From Fibrobacterales bacterium (GTDB lineage: Bacteria; Fibrobacterota; Fibrobacteria; Fibrobacterales; JAOPTW01): a stretch of DNA of 38,919 nt. Below are positions 29,924-38,919 of the stretch, in pieces. Numbering within the stretch: position 1 is the first letter of the stretch; each line of letters starts with the position of its first letter. Position numbers and translations under genes: made by a program. The notes below the pieces were generated by a model that saw nothing but the letters and a program-made list of their open reading frames with translations, did no database searches and was not told where the DNA came from. Location of the stretch: the NCBI GenBank assembly GCA_051532055.1, contig JAOPTX010000022.1:1-38919 (forward strand). Direction: 5' to 3'.

Positions 29924-30322
29924 AATTACCTCACCGTTACTCTATCTAAATGTACTCTTTTTTTATGTTTGATGTATTTTTACTCACCACTCACCTAATT
30001 ATACCTAATAATTTGGCTACAGTCTACCAGCAAACCCAAGAGAACCCGCCATCACCGAACCAAGAGACCGCAACACTAATGCCAACCATAGAGGCCACTG
30101 AAGCCATTAGTCAACGACTCAGGCGTACATCCTTAATCCCATTTAATGCACTTAAACCCACATCAAGCATAGCGAATCGTAATTTTACATCATTATTTCA
30201 ATAGTTATTTGGCTACAAACCTCTTTTAGTATACATTATCTACGAACTTTGATATTTGCAGCAGCTAATAAAAATTAGCCTGGGGTGTTCGTAAATAAGA
30301 CAACTGCTGAAAAGGAAGTACT

Positions 30323-32017
30323 GTGTTAAAAGGTAACAAAATAGTATCAATAGTTTTCATGATGATTCTCTGTAGTTTTATATCAGTTAAAGCAATAGGA
30401 CCGGTCGATGTATATGGAGAATTGAAAGTTAAAGGGCAATCCTTTGTCGGTTCTAAAAATCCCTACCAAAATGCTATTGTCCAAGTAAAAGGTTTAAGCT
30501 TTTTCTGGAATCAATGGGGAGGAGAAAAATTTTGGACTGCTGATGTGGTAGATCAAATGGTTGATGATTATAATGTAGAAATTCTCAGAGTTGCAGTCGC
30601 AACTACAGGCGGTGGTCAAGTTGCTGATCTTAGGTGGGCTATAGATGTCATTGATCAGTGCATTGCACGAGGGATCTATATTATAATTGATTTTCACTCA
30701 CACCAAGCCTGGGATGAAGTACCAGAAGCAAAAGCATTCTTTAAGGAAGCTGTAGAGAAATACGGTAAGTATGATAATCTTATATTTGAAATTTTTAATG
30801 AACCAATCACCGAGTCTCCCCATGATTGGACTCCGGTTAAGGAATATGCTGATGAGCTAATTGGGTATATCCGTGATTTAGGCTCTGACAACCTAATCCT
30901 TGTGGGTACACCTTCATGGTGCCAGATATATGATGGCATTAAGGAGAATCCCGTTATTGACCCAGATAATAACTCTGCCTATGTTATGCATTTTTATGCC
31001 TATTCTCATTTTGTAGATGATGATGGGATAGGCGATAATTTTAAGGCCGCCTTAGATGAAGGTCTTCCTTTTCTTGTTTCGGAATGGGGTGGCTCGCACT
31101 ATAACGGTGGGAGAGGTGAATTTACTAACACCTTTGATACTGAAAGTGCTGATGAGTGGCATGCGTTACTCGATGAATATGGTTTCTCATCTGCCATGTG
31201 GGCCATAAACACAGATGGGCAATCTTCGTCATTGTGGGGCAATGAAGGCCAAGGTGATACATATATTAGCGATTTACTAGCTAACTGGAAGACTATTGCA
31301 GACTGGAGAACCGGTAATATCCGCCCCCTACACGGAGAATTTTTAGCTGCTGTTTCCGATGTTGTTGTTGAGGTCTCTGATGCCAGTGTTGAGGCCAGTA
31401 CTGAGGTAAAAAGTATCGTGAGAAATGGGAAAAAACCGTATACCTATAAGTGGACAAAACAATCTGGGAGTGATCTTATACTTGGTGAGTTAAACAAAGA
31501 GAATCTCAATATTGAAGGACTAAAACTTGGTGAGTATCGTTTTACATTAGAAGTAGTTGATGCGGAAGGAGTAACTTCAGAATCTGAGTTTACCATCAGC
31601 ATTATTGAACCACAACTCTCATCAGAAGATCCCGAGAGCTCTTCATCCAAGGAAACAGTGTCGTCAGAAACAATCCTATCATTGTCGTCATCAAGTACAT
31701 ATAACGATGATGAAAATAAGGAATCATCTTGGGAAATCGAGAGCCCTCCAGCAGAGAAAGACAACGATACAACGAGTAATCTTCTGGTAGAGACAACCTA
31801 TGACATTAACGTATCTCTTATGTACCGTATCTCAAATGATATTCTGGTTCCAATTAAAGTCACGAAGGCAGGCAACTACACATTACGAATACATGATGTA
31901 CTGGGTAAACAAATTACCACTCAAGACATGAAATTCATTGATGCCGGTTTGCATACTCTAACTTTAGATTCGCCTATTGATGAAGGGCTCTATGTGGTCA
32001 TTGTAGATAAATACTAA
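30323..32017 (+). CDS. Secreted GH5 (subfamily 2-like) endoglucanase with PKD/Ig-like domain, Ser-rich linker and C-terminal sorting-like domain
   Basis: Signal peptide; VKGLSFFWN, YIIIDFH, IFEIFNEP, YVMHFYA, VSEWG. PKD-like YTYKWTKQSG...GEYRFTLEVVD, and terminal IHDVLGKQI...EGLYVV. Confidence 0.92.
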   Translation: MLKGNKIVSIVFMMILCSFISVKAIGPVDVYGELKVKGQSFVGSKNPYQNAIVQVKGLSFFWNQWGGEKFWTADVVDQMVDDYNVEILRVAVATTGGGQVADLRWAIDVIDQCIARGIYIIIDFHSHQAWDEVPEAKAFFKEAVEKYGKYDNLIFEIFNEPITESPHDWTPVKEYADELIGYIRDLGSDNLILVGTPSWCQIYDGIKENPVIDPDNNSAYVMHFYAYSHFVDDDGIGDNFKAALDEGLPFLVSEWGGSHYNGGRGEFTNTFDTESADEWHALLDEYGFSSAMWAINTDGQSSSLWGNEGQGDTYISDLLANWKTIADWRTGNIRPLHGEFLAAVSDVVVEVSDASVEASTEVKSIVRNGKKPYTYKWTKQSGSDLILGELNKENLNIEGLKLGEYRFTLEVVDAEGVTSESEFTISIIEPQLSSEDPESSSSKETVSSETILSLSSSSTYNDDENKESSWEIESPPAEKDNDTTSNLLVETTYDINVSLMYRISNDILVPIKVTKAGNYTLRIHDVLGKQITTQDMKFIDAGLHTLTLDSPIDEGLYVVIVDKY

Positions 32018-32030
32018 TTACTTTGTGATT

Positions 32031-32050
32031 GTCGCCACTCACGTGGTGAC
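32031..32050. terminator. Possible bidirectional terminator hairpin
   Basis: GTCGCCAC-TCAC-GTGGTGAC stem-loop between convergent stops at 32017 and 32071. Confidence 0.45.
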
Positions 32051-32070
32051 GTCAATAACATGACAATCAA

Positions 32071-32655
32071 CTATTGAGTAAGAGGAAACAACTGTACATT
32101 CATCTGATACACCGAATCGCTTTCTTGTGATTGCTGTGCCAACTTAAGGGTATCCCTTTGAAACTGTTGAATTAAGTTTTTCATTTTTGAGACATCAGTG
32201 CGTGCTATTGAAACAGTCATTGTTGATATATCTCTATCACTTTTTTCTTGAGTATCTACAGCATTCTCTACAAGTCTGATGAGGTTTTTCTGGTACGTCG
32301 AGATCACCTCGGATTTCCATGGACTACCGGCCCCCAAAAACATCTCAGCATTGTGGTAGACACCATCAGTATCAATATACAGATACCCGAGTCGGAGTAA
32401 GAGCTGTATGCTCTCCTGTGCCTGTGTTGCCGTAATGTGCGGGGTCAACTGTTGGGCAAGAGCAGTGTAATCCTTTCCCTTGAATGTATAGAAATCGAGC
32501 AGCGTATACAGAGCAGCGTGATACCAGGTATGATAAAAAGCATAGTTATCTACTGATACTGTTTCTATATGAGGCTCCTCAAGAGTATGCGACTGTTGAT
32601 TCGCGGGTACTTTTTCTTCAGGAGTCTGAGTGCTTTCATGTTGATTCATATTCAT
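32071..32655 (-). CDS. TIGR02147/DUF4423 family protein, short form
   Basis: WYHAALYTLL, LAQQLTPHITATQAQESIQLLLRLG, RDISTMTVSI and VYQMNVQLFPLT match the C-terminal part of this Fibrobacter-expanded family. Confidence 0.85.
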   Translation of the reverse strand: MNMNQHESTQTPEEKVPANQQSHTLEEPHIETVSVDNYAFYHTWYHAALYTLLDFYTFKGKDYTALAQQLTPHITATQAQESIQLLLRLGYLYIDTDGVYHNAEMFLGAGSPWKSEVISTYQKNLIRLVENAVDTQEKSDRDISTMTVSIARTDVSKMKNLIQQFQRDTLKLAQQSQESDSVYQMNVQLFPLTQ

Positions 32656-32710
32656 ACTCTATTTACGTTTTGTTGGGTTTCACTTCGCAATGCATCAAAT
32701 ATGAACGTTA

Positions 32711-34351
32711 TTAATAGTCCTTCTGACACCGTACCATTTGGGCGCCACCTTGCTGATTACGCCCTCCGGAATACCCATTGGTAAAGAGCATTCGCTGGTA
32801 TGCATCAGTATTAGGGCCTACTCTTGAGGTCCACCAAAAGGCATATTCAGAAGCAGCAAAACCAAGCCCAACTGACCAGCCGCCACTAGGGACTGCCGCA
32901 AAGCCAAAATGATCGGTACCATTTCTATCGGCGCCAGCAATATTAGTACCCCAACCCGATGTTGCTTTGTACATAAGGGTAACTGAAGCCATATCAACTA
33001 TACCAGAAATATCTCTCACATCATTGAGGAGCTGATTCCACTCTAATTCTCCAGGAAGATGCCATCCCGTAGGGCAAATACCTTGAACCCCCGGCTGAGC
33101 TTCTAGAGTAGAAGGCGCATCATTGTTCATTGCTACAGTCCAAGTGTACATTCGCCCTGCTACGGTACAATTTGATTCTGTATTATCATAACATAAACTC
33201 CCTGTCGCTGCATAATTGAGGTTTTCTGCCATCCACACATAGCCACCGAGGGTAAACCATGTATACTCTTGATTATCGCGAGCGTCAACGAAAGTACCAA
33301 TGATTTCCTCAGCTATGAGACTATCATTACTTACGCCATTATCACGTAATTCTTTTAGCATTACTCCAGATTCAAAGAGTACTCTCACGCCGGCATCCCC
33401 TGCTAACAATTCGGCAACAGTTGTTCCTCCCACTCGGAGATCGGATATTTCGGATTGAGTGGCAGTAGTATATTGCCCCCTTATGGAACTTGATACCAAT
33501 TCTTCTGAACTTGACGAGACAGTAGAGCTTATAGATTCGGAAGAGCTTAAAGCCACTGTAGCGCTCAATTCAGCTACAGATTCCGACGAAGAGACTGTGA
33601 CGGCTTCTACAGAAGAGACCGTTTGTCCCTCTGAGCTTGAAAGTGTCACAGTACCTTGGGCCTCTGCAGAGCTTTGGGCTGCTGCAGAGCTTGTTTGATA
33701 AGCCGAACCGACTTCATTATCAAAGGTAACATTATCGAGTGCTACAACCTCTCCGGGAATAGTTGTCACCCCTTCCTTCACCATTTCTTCATTGGTATCA
33801 ATATTCTTAAAAATAAGGTCATAGCTGTATTCAGGTAAATGTGGAATCGTGAGTGTCGCATTGCCAGAAACCGTATACTCTTCTTCAAAGCCCTTCAGCT
33901 TTACAAATACTGTACTCGCATCATACTGCGGGGCAAAGTCGATAGTGAGCGTTGTCAATTGAGTGAGTATGAGGGCCGTATCTATTCCCGTTCCAGCAGT
34001 ATAGGCAACATCATAGATCATCCCGTTTATTTTTTCATTTTGAATACGAATGCTATAGGTATTTGTTGATAACCCTTGAATAGTAAAAATACCGTGAGCA
34101 TCAGTATAGATTGTCTTTGTATCGTTACCCGAAACAGTAGGAGTACTTTTGGCTGCAATAGGACTAAAGATATTTGAAGATGTCTGGTAGGTCACTTCCG
34201 CACCTTCAACAGGTTTGCCCGCAGCATCGTATACTTCAGCGGTAATGCCATTAGTAGTGATTACCCCTGACCGGTCGGTCACCTCTGTAGATACAAATCC
34301 ACACGCTCCCAATACCCCTACAACAATACAGAAAAATAACCTATAAGCCAT
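32711..34351 (-). CDS. FISUMP (Fib_succ_major) domain lipoprotein with N-terminal carboxypeptidase-regulatory-like Ig domain
   Basis: Lipobox LGAC; VYDAAGKPVEGAEV...TDAHGIFTI; Ser-rich linker; FVDARDNQEY, WMAENLNY, GRMYTW, GICPTGWHLP, GFAAVPSG, FWWTS and VRCQKD. Confidence 0.92.
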   Translation of the reverse strand: MAYRLFFCIVVGVLGACGFVSTEVTDRSGVITTNGITAEVYDAAGKPVEGAEVTYQTSSNIFSPIAAKSTPTVSGNDTKTIYTDAHGIFTIQGLSTNTYSIRIQNEKINGMIYDVAYTAGTGIDTALILTQLTTLTIDFAPQYDASTVFVKLKGFEEEYTVSGNATLTIPHLPEYSYDLIFKNIDTNEEMVKEGVTTIPGEVVALDNVTFDNEVGSAYQTSSAAAQSSAEAQGTVTLSSSEGQTVSSVEAVTVSSSESVAELSATVALSSSESISSTVSSSSEELVSSSIRGQYTTATQSEISDLRVGGTTVAELLAGDAGVRVLFESGVMLKELRDNGVSNDSLIAEEIIGTFVDARDNQEYTWFTLGGYVWMAENLNYAATGSLCYDNTESNCTVAGRMYTWTVAMNNDAPSTLEAQPGVQGICPTGWHLPGELEWNQLLNDVRDISGIVDMASVTLMYKATSGWGTNIAGADRNGTDHFGFAAVPSGGWSVGLGFAASEYAFWWTSRVGPNTDAYQRMLFTNGYSGGRNQQGGAQMVRCQKDY

Positions 34352-34450
34352 ATACTCACCCTTTTCACTCTTTTAATAATTTAAGTCTGTCGCACAGAGG
34401 TAAAGATAGATATTGTAGTATTCTAATATATAGGAAGAGCAGATTTATAC

Positions 34451-34494
34451 AATTAACTAGGGTCAAAACTGTCTCGTTTTGACCCTAGTTAATT
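34451..34494. promoter_or_regulatory. Perfect 19-bp inverted repeat, core GGGTCAAAA-N8-TTTTGACCC
   Basis: AATTAACTAGGGTCAAAAC-TGTCTC-GTTTTGACCCTAGTTAATT between the two FISUMP genes. Operator versus terminator role is not resolved. Confidence 0.75.
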
Positions 34495-34546
34495 ATGTAG
34501 GGGTAATTCTCTATTCAATAACCCCTAAAACTAAAGGAGGTTCGTA

Positions 34547-35758
34547 TTAATAATCCTTCTGACAGCGTACCATTTGGGCGGCACCCTGACGATTACGATC
34601 CCCAGCATAGCCATTTTCATATATAAATCGTTGGTACGCATCAGTATTAGACCCTACTCTTGAGGTCCACCAAAAGGCATATTCAGGAGCAGCAAAACCA
34701 AGACCAACTGACCAGCCGCCACCGGGAACTGCCGCGAATCCAAAATGGTCTGTACCATTTCTATCAGCACCAGCAATATTAGTACCCCACCCCGATGTTG
34801 CTTTATACATTAGGGTAACTGTCGCCATATCGCGTACACCTGAAATATCTCTAACATCATTGAGGAGCTGATTCCACTCTAATTCACCTGGAAGATGCCA
34901 TCCCGTAGGGCAAATACCCTGAATCCCCGGCTGAGCCTCGAGGGTAGAAGGCGCATCATTGTTCATTGCTACAGTCCAGGTGTACATTTTTCCTGAAACA
35001 TCACAATTTGCTTCATCCCCATCATAGCAAAAGCTCCCTGGTCCAGCATCAAAATCAAGGTTTTCCCCCATCCAAACATACCCACCAAGCGTAAACCACT
35101 CATACTCTTTATTATCACGAGCATCAACGAAAGTACCAATAATTTCTTCGGCCACGAGACTGTCATTACTTACCCCATTATCACGAAGTGTTTTGAGCAT
35201 CACCCCTGAATCAAAGATCGCACGCACGTCAGCATCCCCTGCTAATAATTCAGTAATCGTAATTCCTGCTACTCGGAGTACTGCAATTTCGGAACTATTG
35301 AGGGCAGCATACTGCCCTAATGTACTTGATGATAATTGTTCTTCTGAGCTTGATGAGACCACAGAGCTTGAAATCATTACTGAGCTCGAGACGAGCGCTG
35401 AACTAGAAAGTGCTACTGAGCTTGAAACCGGTGCTGAACTGGAAAGTATTACTGAGCTTGAAACTGCTGCTGAACTAGAAAGTGTCATTGAACTCGATAC
35501 CGGCGCGGAACTGGAAAGTATCACTGAACTTGAGATTGCTGCGGAACAAGAAAGCATCTCTGAGCTTGAAACCTGTACTGAACTAGAAAGCGTCACCGAG
35601 CTTGAAACTGATACTGAACTAGAAAGCGTTACTGAGCTTGAGAGCGTTGCAGAACTTGAGAGTTCACCGGAGCCTGGGACTTCACCATCCTCTATTGCAA
35701 CAAAATCACACCCCATTAAAAGCCCCATGACGAGACATAAAAACAATGTATAAGCCAT
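34547..35758 (-). CDS. FISUMP domain lipoprotein, tandem paralog of 32711-34351
   Basis: Homologous signal peptide (MAYTLFLC...LMGC), SSSxxL/V repeat linker and near-identical FISUMP domain. Confidence 0.92.
   Translation of the reverse strand: MAYTLFLCLVMGLLMGCDFVAIEDGEVPGSGELSSSATLSSSVTLSSSVSVSSSVTLSSSVQVSSSEMLSCSAAISSSVILSSSAPVSSSMTLSSSAAVSSSVILSSSAPVSSSVALSSSALVSSSVMISSSVVSSSSEEQLSSSTLGQYAALNSSEIAVLRVAGITITELLAGDADVRAIFDSGVMLKTLRDNGVSNDSLVAEEIIGTFVDARDNKEYEWFTLGGYVWMGENLDFDAGPGSFCYDGDEANCDVSGKMYTWTVAMNNDAPSTLEAQPGIQGICPTGWHLPGELEWNQLLNDVRDISGVRDMATVTLMYKATSGWGTNIAGADRNGTDHFGFAAVPGGGWSVGLGFAAPEYAFWWTSRVGSNTDAYQRFIYENGYAGDRNRQGAAQMVRCQKDY
35372..35659 (-). repeat. Coding 18-bp degenerate tandem repeat, 16 units of SSS-x-x-(L/V/I)
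   Basis: SSSATL, SSSVTL, SSSVSV ... SSSVMI. Plus-strand units largely alternate between GAGCTTGA and GAACT(A/G)GA. Confidence 0.92.
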
Positions 35759-35919
35759 ATACTTATTTCCTAATTATTTAAAAATTAAACTATGCTGATC
35801 TACCACTAACCTCTCATCTAATCAGATGAGTAATGGCAACCAAGTGTGTTACCTGATGATAAAGATATGCATTGTTTAGTTCTTATACATAAGAAGAAGT
35901 GGCTTCAAAAGTATTACCG

Positions 35920-35945
35920 GGGTCAAAACGATTACATTTTGACCC
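35920..35945. promoter_or_regulatory. Second copy of the GGGTCAAAA-N8-TTTTGACCC palindrome
   Basis: GGGTCAAAA-CGATTACA-TTTTGACCC about 160 nt upstream of the 35758 start and just past the stop at 35964. Confidence 0.7.
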
Positions 35946-35963
35946 AACGGTTAACCATGAATA

Positions 35964-36392
35964 TTACATTCGCACTTTTCGTTGATCAAGTAAAGAGTTC
36001 TTGATTAACATGTACAAAGCATGAGGTAACAGGAAGAATGTCATTCCTGAATTGGGTATCATATATACTCCTAGAAGTACAAACAATAGATAGGAGACCG
36101 TGAAACTTAAAGGGAGCCACCCGCTCTCTCTAAGAAAGCCATGTATCAATAAACCAATAGGAATCATGAGAATACCAAAATAGAAAAACCAGAATGCCGC
36201 AAAGTGTTCGAAATCCATATGGCCAGTCACTGCAGGAAATTCATCCATTCCTGGGCTCACATTAAAGTAACACTTCTGAGCAAAATCGCTCATCTGCTTG
36301 CCAAAACCTTCAGATGAGTACGTAAGATTAGTGTGAAACAGTCCGATTACCACAAGAATAATTCCACTGGTGCATTTTTTTAAATAGTTCAT
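35964..36392 (-). CDS. Membrane protein, DUF6463-like
   Basis: SGIILVVIGLFHT...AAFWFFYFGILMIPIGLL...YMIPNSG pattern with four hydrophobic segments. Confidence 0.65.
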   Translation of the reverse strand: MNYLKKCTSGIILVVIGLFHTNLTYSSEGFGKQMSDFAQKCYFNVSPGMDEFPAVTGHMDFEHFAAFWFFYFGILMIPIGLLIHGFLRESGWLPLSFTVSYLLFVLLGVYMIPNSGMTFFLLPHALYMLIKNSLLDQRKVRM

Positions 36393-36584
36393 ATAAGTAC
36401 CTATACTAAAGAGTCGTTCAAAAGTAAATATTTTCTAGAACCACATGAGCCTATCCGCTTTCTTATATTTATTTTTTACAATACCTATTGATTGGTACAC
36501 GTCAATAATGAGTATCGGCATAGACGTGTTTTGAGGCTAATGTAATTGCTTGTCAATAAGATAGGAATGCGAAGGCAACAGTCC

Positions 36585-36944
36585 CTACCGTCTTGTACTA
36601 TTGTCTGGATTTTCTCTACAAACCTTGTTAATACACTCTGACATAATCAATTTCCATTTGACAGCATTACTTTCAGAAGAAACCACTCCTTCGGCGATAC
36701 TCTCAATCACTGTGTTTGAACTCATCAGTATCTCAGTTGTTACAGAGCTGTTAGATATCGATACAGAACTTGATGAAAGATCATCTAATCTCCCTTGTAA
36801 CTAAGATGTATCGACCTCAATACTAATATTCTCAATATATTTTTCAACAAGAGGTGTAGTAATAATCCCCTGTTTAATAATAGAATCCCCAGTACCAACG
36901 TCCTGGATTAAAATATCATACTCATACTGAGGGAGGTGCTGCAT
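36585..36944 (-). pseudogene. Degraded fragment paralogous to the middle of the 32711-34351 lipoprotein
   Basis: Translates as HLPQYEYDILIQDVGTGDSIIKQGIITTP versus HLPEYSYDLIFKNIDTNEEMVKEGVTTIP in the intact gene. In-frame TAG at 36801-36803 is followed by a Ser-rich tract. Confidence 0.65.
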
Positions 36945-37159
36945 TAAAAAGCCAGCACATAATAATTAAGTATATTGTTTTATACATCAGTAGTCCCCAA
37001 ATAATACTGCATCTATTGCATGCAAATATAGACATTGGCTCTAAAGAAATACTCTAATAATTAATTACCTTTAGAACATTAAATATAACCATAGCCCTGA
37101 TGACTATCAGTTCCGCCCTGCGGGTATTTTCATCTGAGACAAGGGTTGTATCATTGCAC

Positions 37160-38917
37160 TTAACTCAATACTTCTGTGATTTTTTTAAATAAGTCTTTTG
37201 AAAATACAGGTTTTTGTAAAAAACCTAATGCACCACCATCTACAACTTCTTGTGCACCTTCTGTAATACTATATCCAGACAACAATAACACCTTAACACC
37301 TGGATCTATTTTTTTAAGAGCTTGATATGTCTCTTTTCCATTTAAATCAGGCATAATCATATCTAAAAGAATAAGGTCTATTTCTTGCCATGATTCCTCA
37401 AATATCTGTATGGCCTCTTTACCACTACCACATGCAATAGCTTCATACCCTTCATCAACAAGGGCCATTTTCATTGACATGGCTAACATTTCCACATCGT
37501 CAACCACTAATATCTTCCAATCTTTCTTGGTTACTTGTGCTATGGGGGCATCACCGTCCCCTTTATGCGCAACAATAAATGGTAAGAAGATCGTGATAGT
37601 AGTACCCTCTCCTACGGCACTATCAACTTCAATAGCTCCATTGTGATTCATAATGGTTCCATACACTGAAGCCATCCCCATACCTGTTCCTTTTCCGAGT
37701 TCTTTTGTGGTATAAAAAGGCTCAAACATGTGTTGTAGTGTTTCACTATCCATTCCCTCACCAGTATCTTTTACAATGACTCGTATATACTCACCAAGTT
37801 GAATTTCATGATTATTCATATGAATATACTCTTCATCAAGTGAAACTACATCTGTAGTAATACTAAGCTCGCCACCGTTTGGCATTGCATCACGGGAATT
37901 TAAGCCAATATTGAGTAAAGTATTTTGAAGCTGCGAAGCATCCCCAGAAACTGTCATTGGATTGGAATGTAAGTCATGCAGTATGTTAATTTTTTTATCA
38001 ACACTATGCGTTAATATAGAGGTTACATCAATTATTATTTCATTCACATCAACTATCGTAACAACATATTTCCCTTTACGGGCAAATGCCAATAATTGCT
38101 TTGTAAGTTCCGCAGAATGTAATACTCCAGAAATGATATTTTTCATATATGAGTATTCTTTTGAATCCTTTTCCATGTGTTTTTTAGCAAGCTCGGCAAA
38201 ATTTAATATCCCCCCTAATTGATTATTAAAATCATGCGCTACTCCACCAGCTAATTGGCCAATGGCCTGCATTTTCTCATTATGACGAAGTTGAATAGCC
38301 ATAGTATTATACTCTGTTATATCTCTTCCTGTGCTCACAAACCCTGTAATAGCATTGGCTTCATCCCTTTCTGCAAGAATAGCCCATATTACCAAATGTT
38401 CTTGGCCATCAACGCCAATTTGACGATTCTCTATTCTGAATTTGTCTTCTCCACTTTTAAGCCATGCTTCAAAAGCATTAATAGTATCCTCACGGTCTTC
38501 TGGATGAATAAAGTCAAATGCCATCTTGCCAATACACTCTTCTGGTGGAATTCCAAAAATTGTAATAGCTGAATGGTTTACAAAAACAATTCTACCTTCG
38601 ATATCAACAATTGTAATAAGATCAGGAGTACTCTCAACGAGATCGTAATATTTTTTTTGACTTTTCATTAATATTCTGTCATTTTCTGCTTTTGAAAGAG
38701 TCGACCTTCTGATAAAAAGAAATCCTAATATTAAACAAGCCGTACCAAAAAACCACAAGCTTCCGAACTCAACCCTGTGTTCAATTACTAGTTTTTCTAG
38801 GGCATCCGCATGAGGCTTCCAGAGCACCGATACACTCAAACCTCCACGAATATCCCCAACCTTATACCCTTGACTTCCATGACATTTAAGGCACGATTTT
38901 TCAGTTATTAACGGGTC
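37160..38917 (-). CDS. Hybrid sensor histidine kinase (DUF3365-like c-type heme sensor, TM, PAS, HisKA, HATPase, REC); 5' partial
   Basis: Frame is open to the window end: DPLITEKSCLKCHGSQGYKVGDIRGGLSVSV. Then PAS FIHPED, H-box AGGVAHDFNN, NSRDAMPNGG, DTGEGM, FEPFYTTK, GTGMGM and REC LILLDMIMP. Confidence 0.95.
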   Translation of the reverse strand, partial: DPLITEKSCLKCHGSQGYKVGDIRGGLSVSVLWKPHADALEKLVIEHRVEFGSLWFFGTACLILGFLFIRRSTLSKAENDRILMKSQKKYYDLVESTPDLITIVDIEGRIVFVNHSAITIFGIPPEECIGKMAFDFIHPEDREDTINAFEAWLKSGEDKFRIENRQIGVDGQEHLVIWAILAERDEANAITGFVSTGRDITEYNTMAIQLRHNEKMQAIGQLAGGVAHDFNNQLGGILNFAELAKKHMEKDSKEYSYMKNIISGVLHSAELTKQLLAFARKGKYVVTIVDVNEIIIDVTSILTHSVDKKINILHDLHSNPMTVSGDASQLQNTLLNIGLNSRDAMPNGGELSITTDVVSLDEEYIHMNNHEIQLGEYIRVIVKDTGEGMDSETLQHMFEPFYTTKELGKGTGMGMASVYGTIMNHNGAIEVDSAVGEGTTITIFLPFIVAHKGDGDAPIAQVTKKDWKILVVDDVEMLAMSMKMALVDEGYEAIACGSGKEAIQIFEESWQEIDLILLDMIMPDLNGKETYQALKKIDPGVKVLLLSGYSITEGAQEVVDGGALGFLQKPVFSKDLFKKITEVLS

Positions 38918-38919
38918 CA

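Noticed and set aside
29950..30217. 84-aa ORF and an 11-bp direct repeat ATTTGGCTACA (30011 and 30207) in a divergent intergenic region
   Set aside because: No RBS or recognisable motif, and minus-strand frames are interrupted. The repeat alone is too short to support a mobile element or gene remnant.
32711..35140. Diversity-generating retroelement (TR/VR pair) suggested by two near-identical FISUMP 3' ends
   Set aside because: Differences include many non-adenine and synonymous third-position changes (e.g. TCC/GCT, GGG/GGC). Both copies are intact genes and no reverse transcriptase is in the window, so this looks like ordinary duplication.
35193..35753. 186-aa plus-strand ORF with ELE/TELE repeats
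   Set aside because: Antisense shadow of the SSSxxL repeat linker of the FISUMP gene.

Overview
AT-rich bacterial chromosomal window, most likely from a Fibrobacterota member. The lineage call is inferred from two FISUMP (Fib_succ_major) lipoproteins, a TIGR02147/DUF4423 protein, a Fibrobacter-style TonB/AgmX C-terminal domain and many Ser-rich linker proteins. It contains about 30 CDSs. These include two-component genes at both edges, three clan GH-A glycoside hydrolases, two divergent vWA proteins, satP and several standalone enzymes/regulators. No tRNA, rRNA, CRISPR array, transposase or reverse transcriptase was recognised. The best candidate for a novel system is a divergent locus at 12494-18227 that looks like an orphan T6SS-type cargo module with no VgrG, Hcp or PAAR gene in the window. 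It comprises a DUF4123 adaptor, a protein ending in a 'QAA..GTPFCEEC' tail, an 841-aa HExxH metallopeptidase-like protein overlapping a lipoprotein (effector/immunity layout), a small helical protein and an uncalled 52-aa ORF. Also notable are a tandem FISUMP array with a shared GGGTCAAAA-N8-TTTTGACCC palindrome and a decayed paralog fragment, a six-repeat WNxxTG secreted protein, and a c-type heme (CxxCH) sensor kinase whose 5' part the ORF track missed. All family calls come from motif recognition by eye, not database searches.
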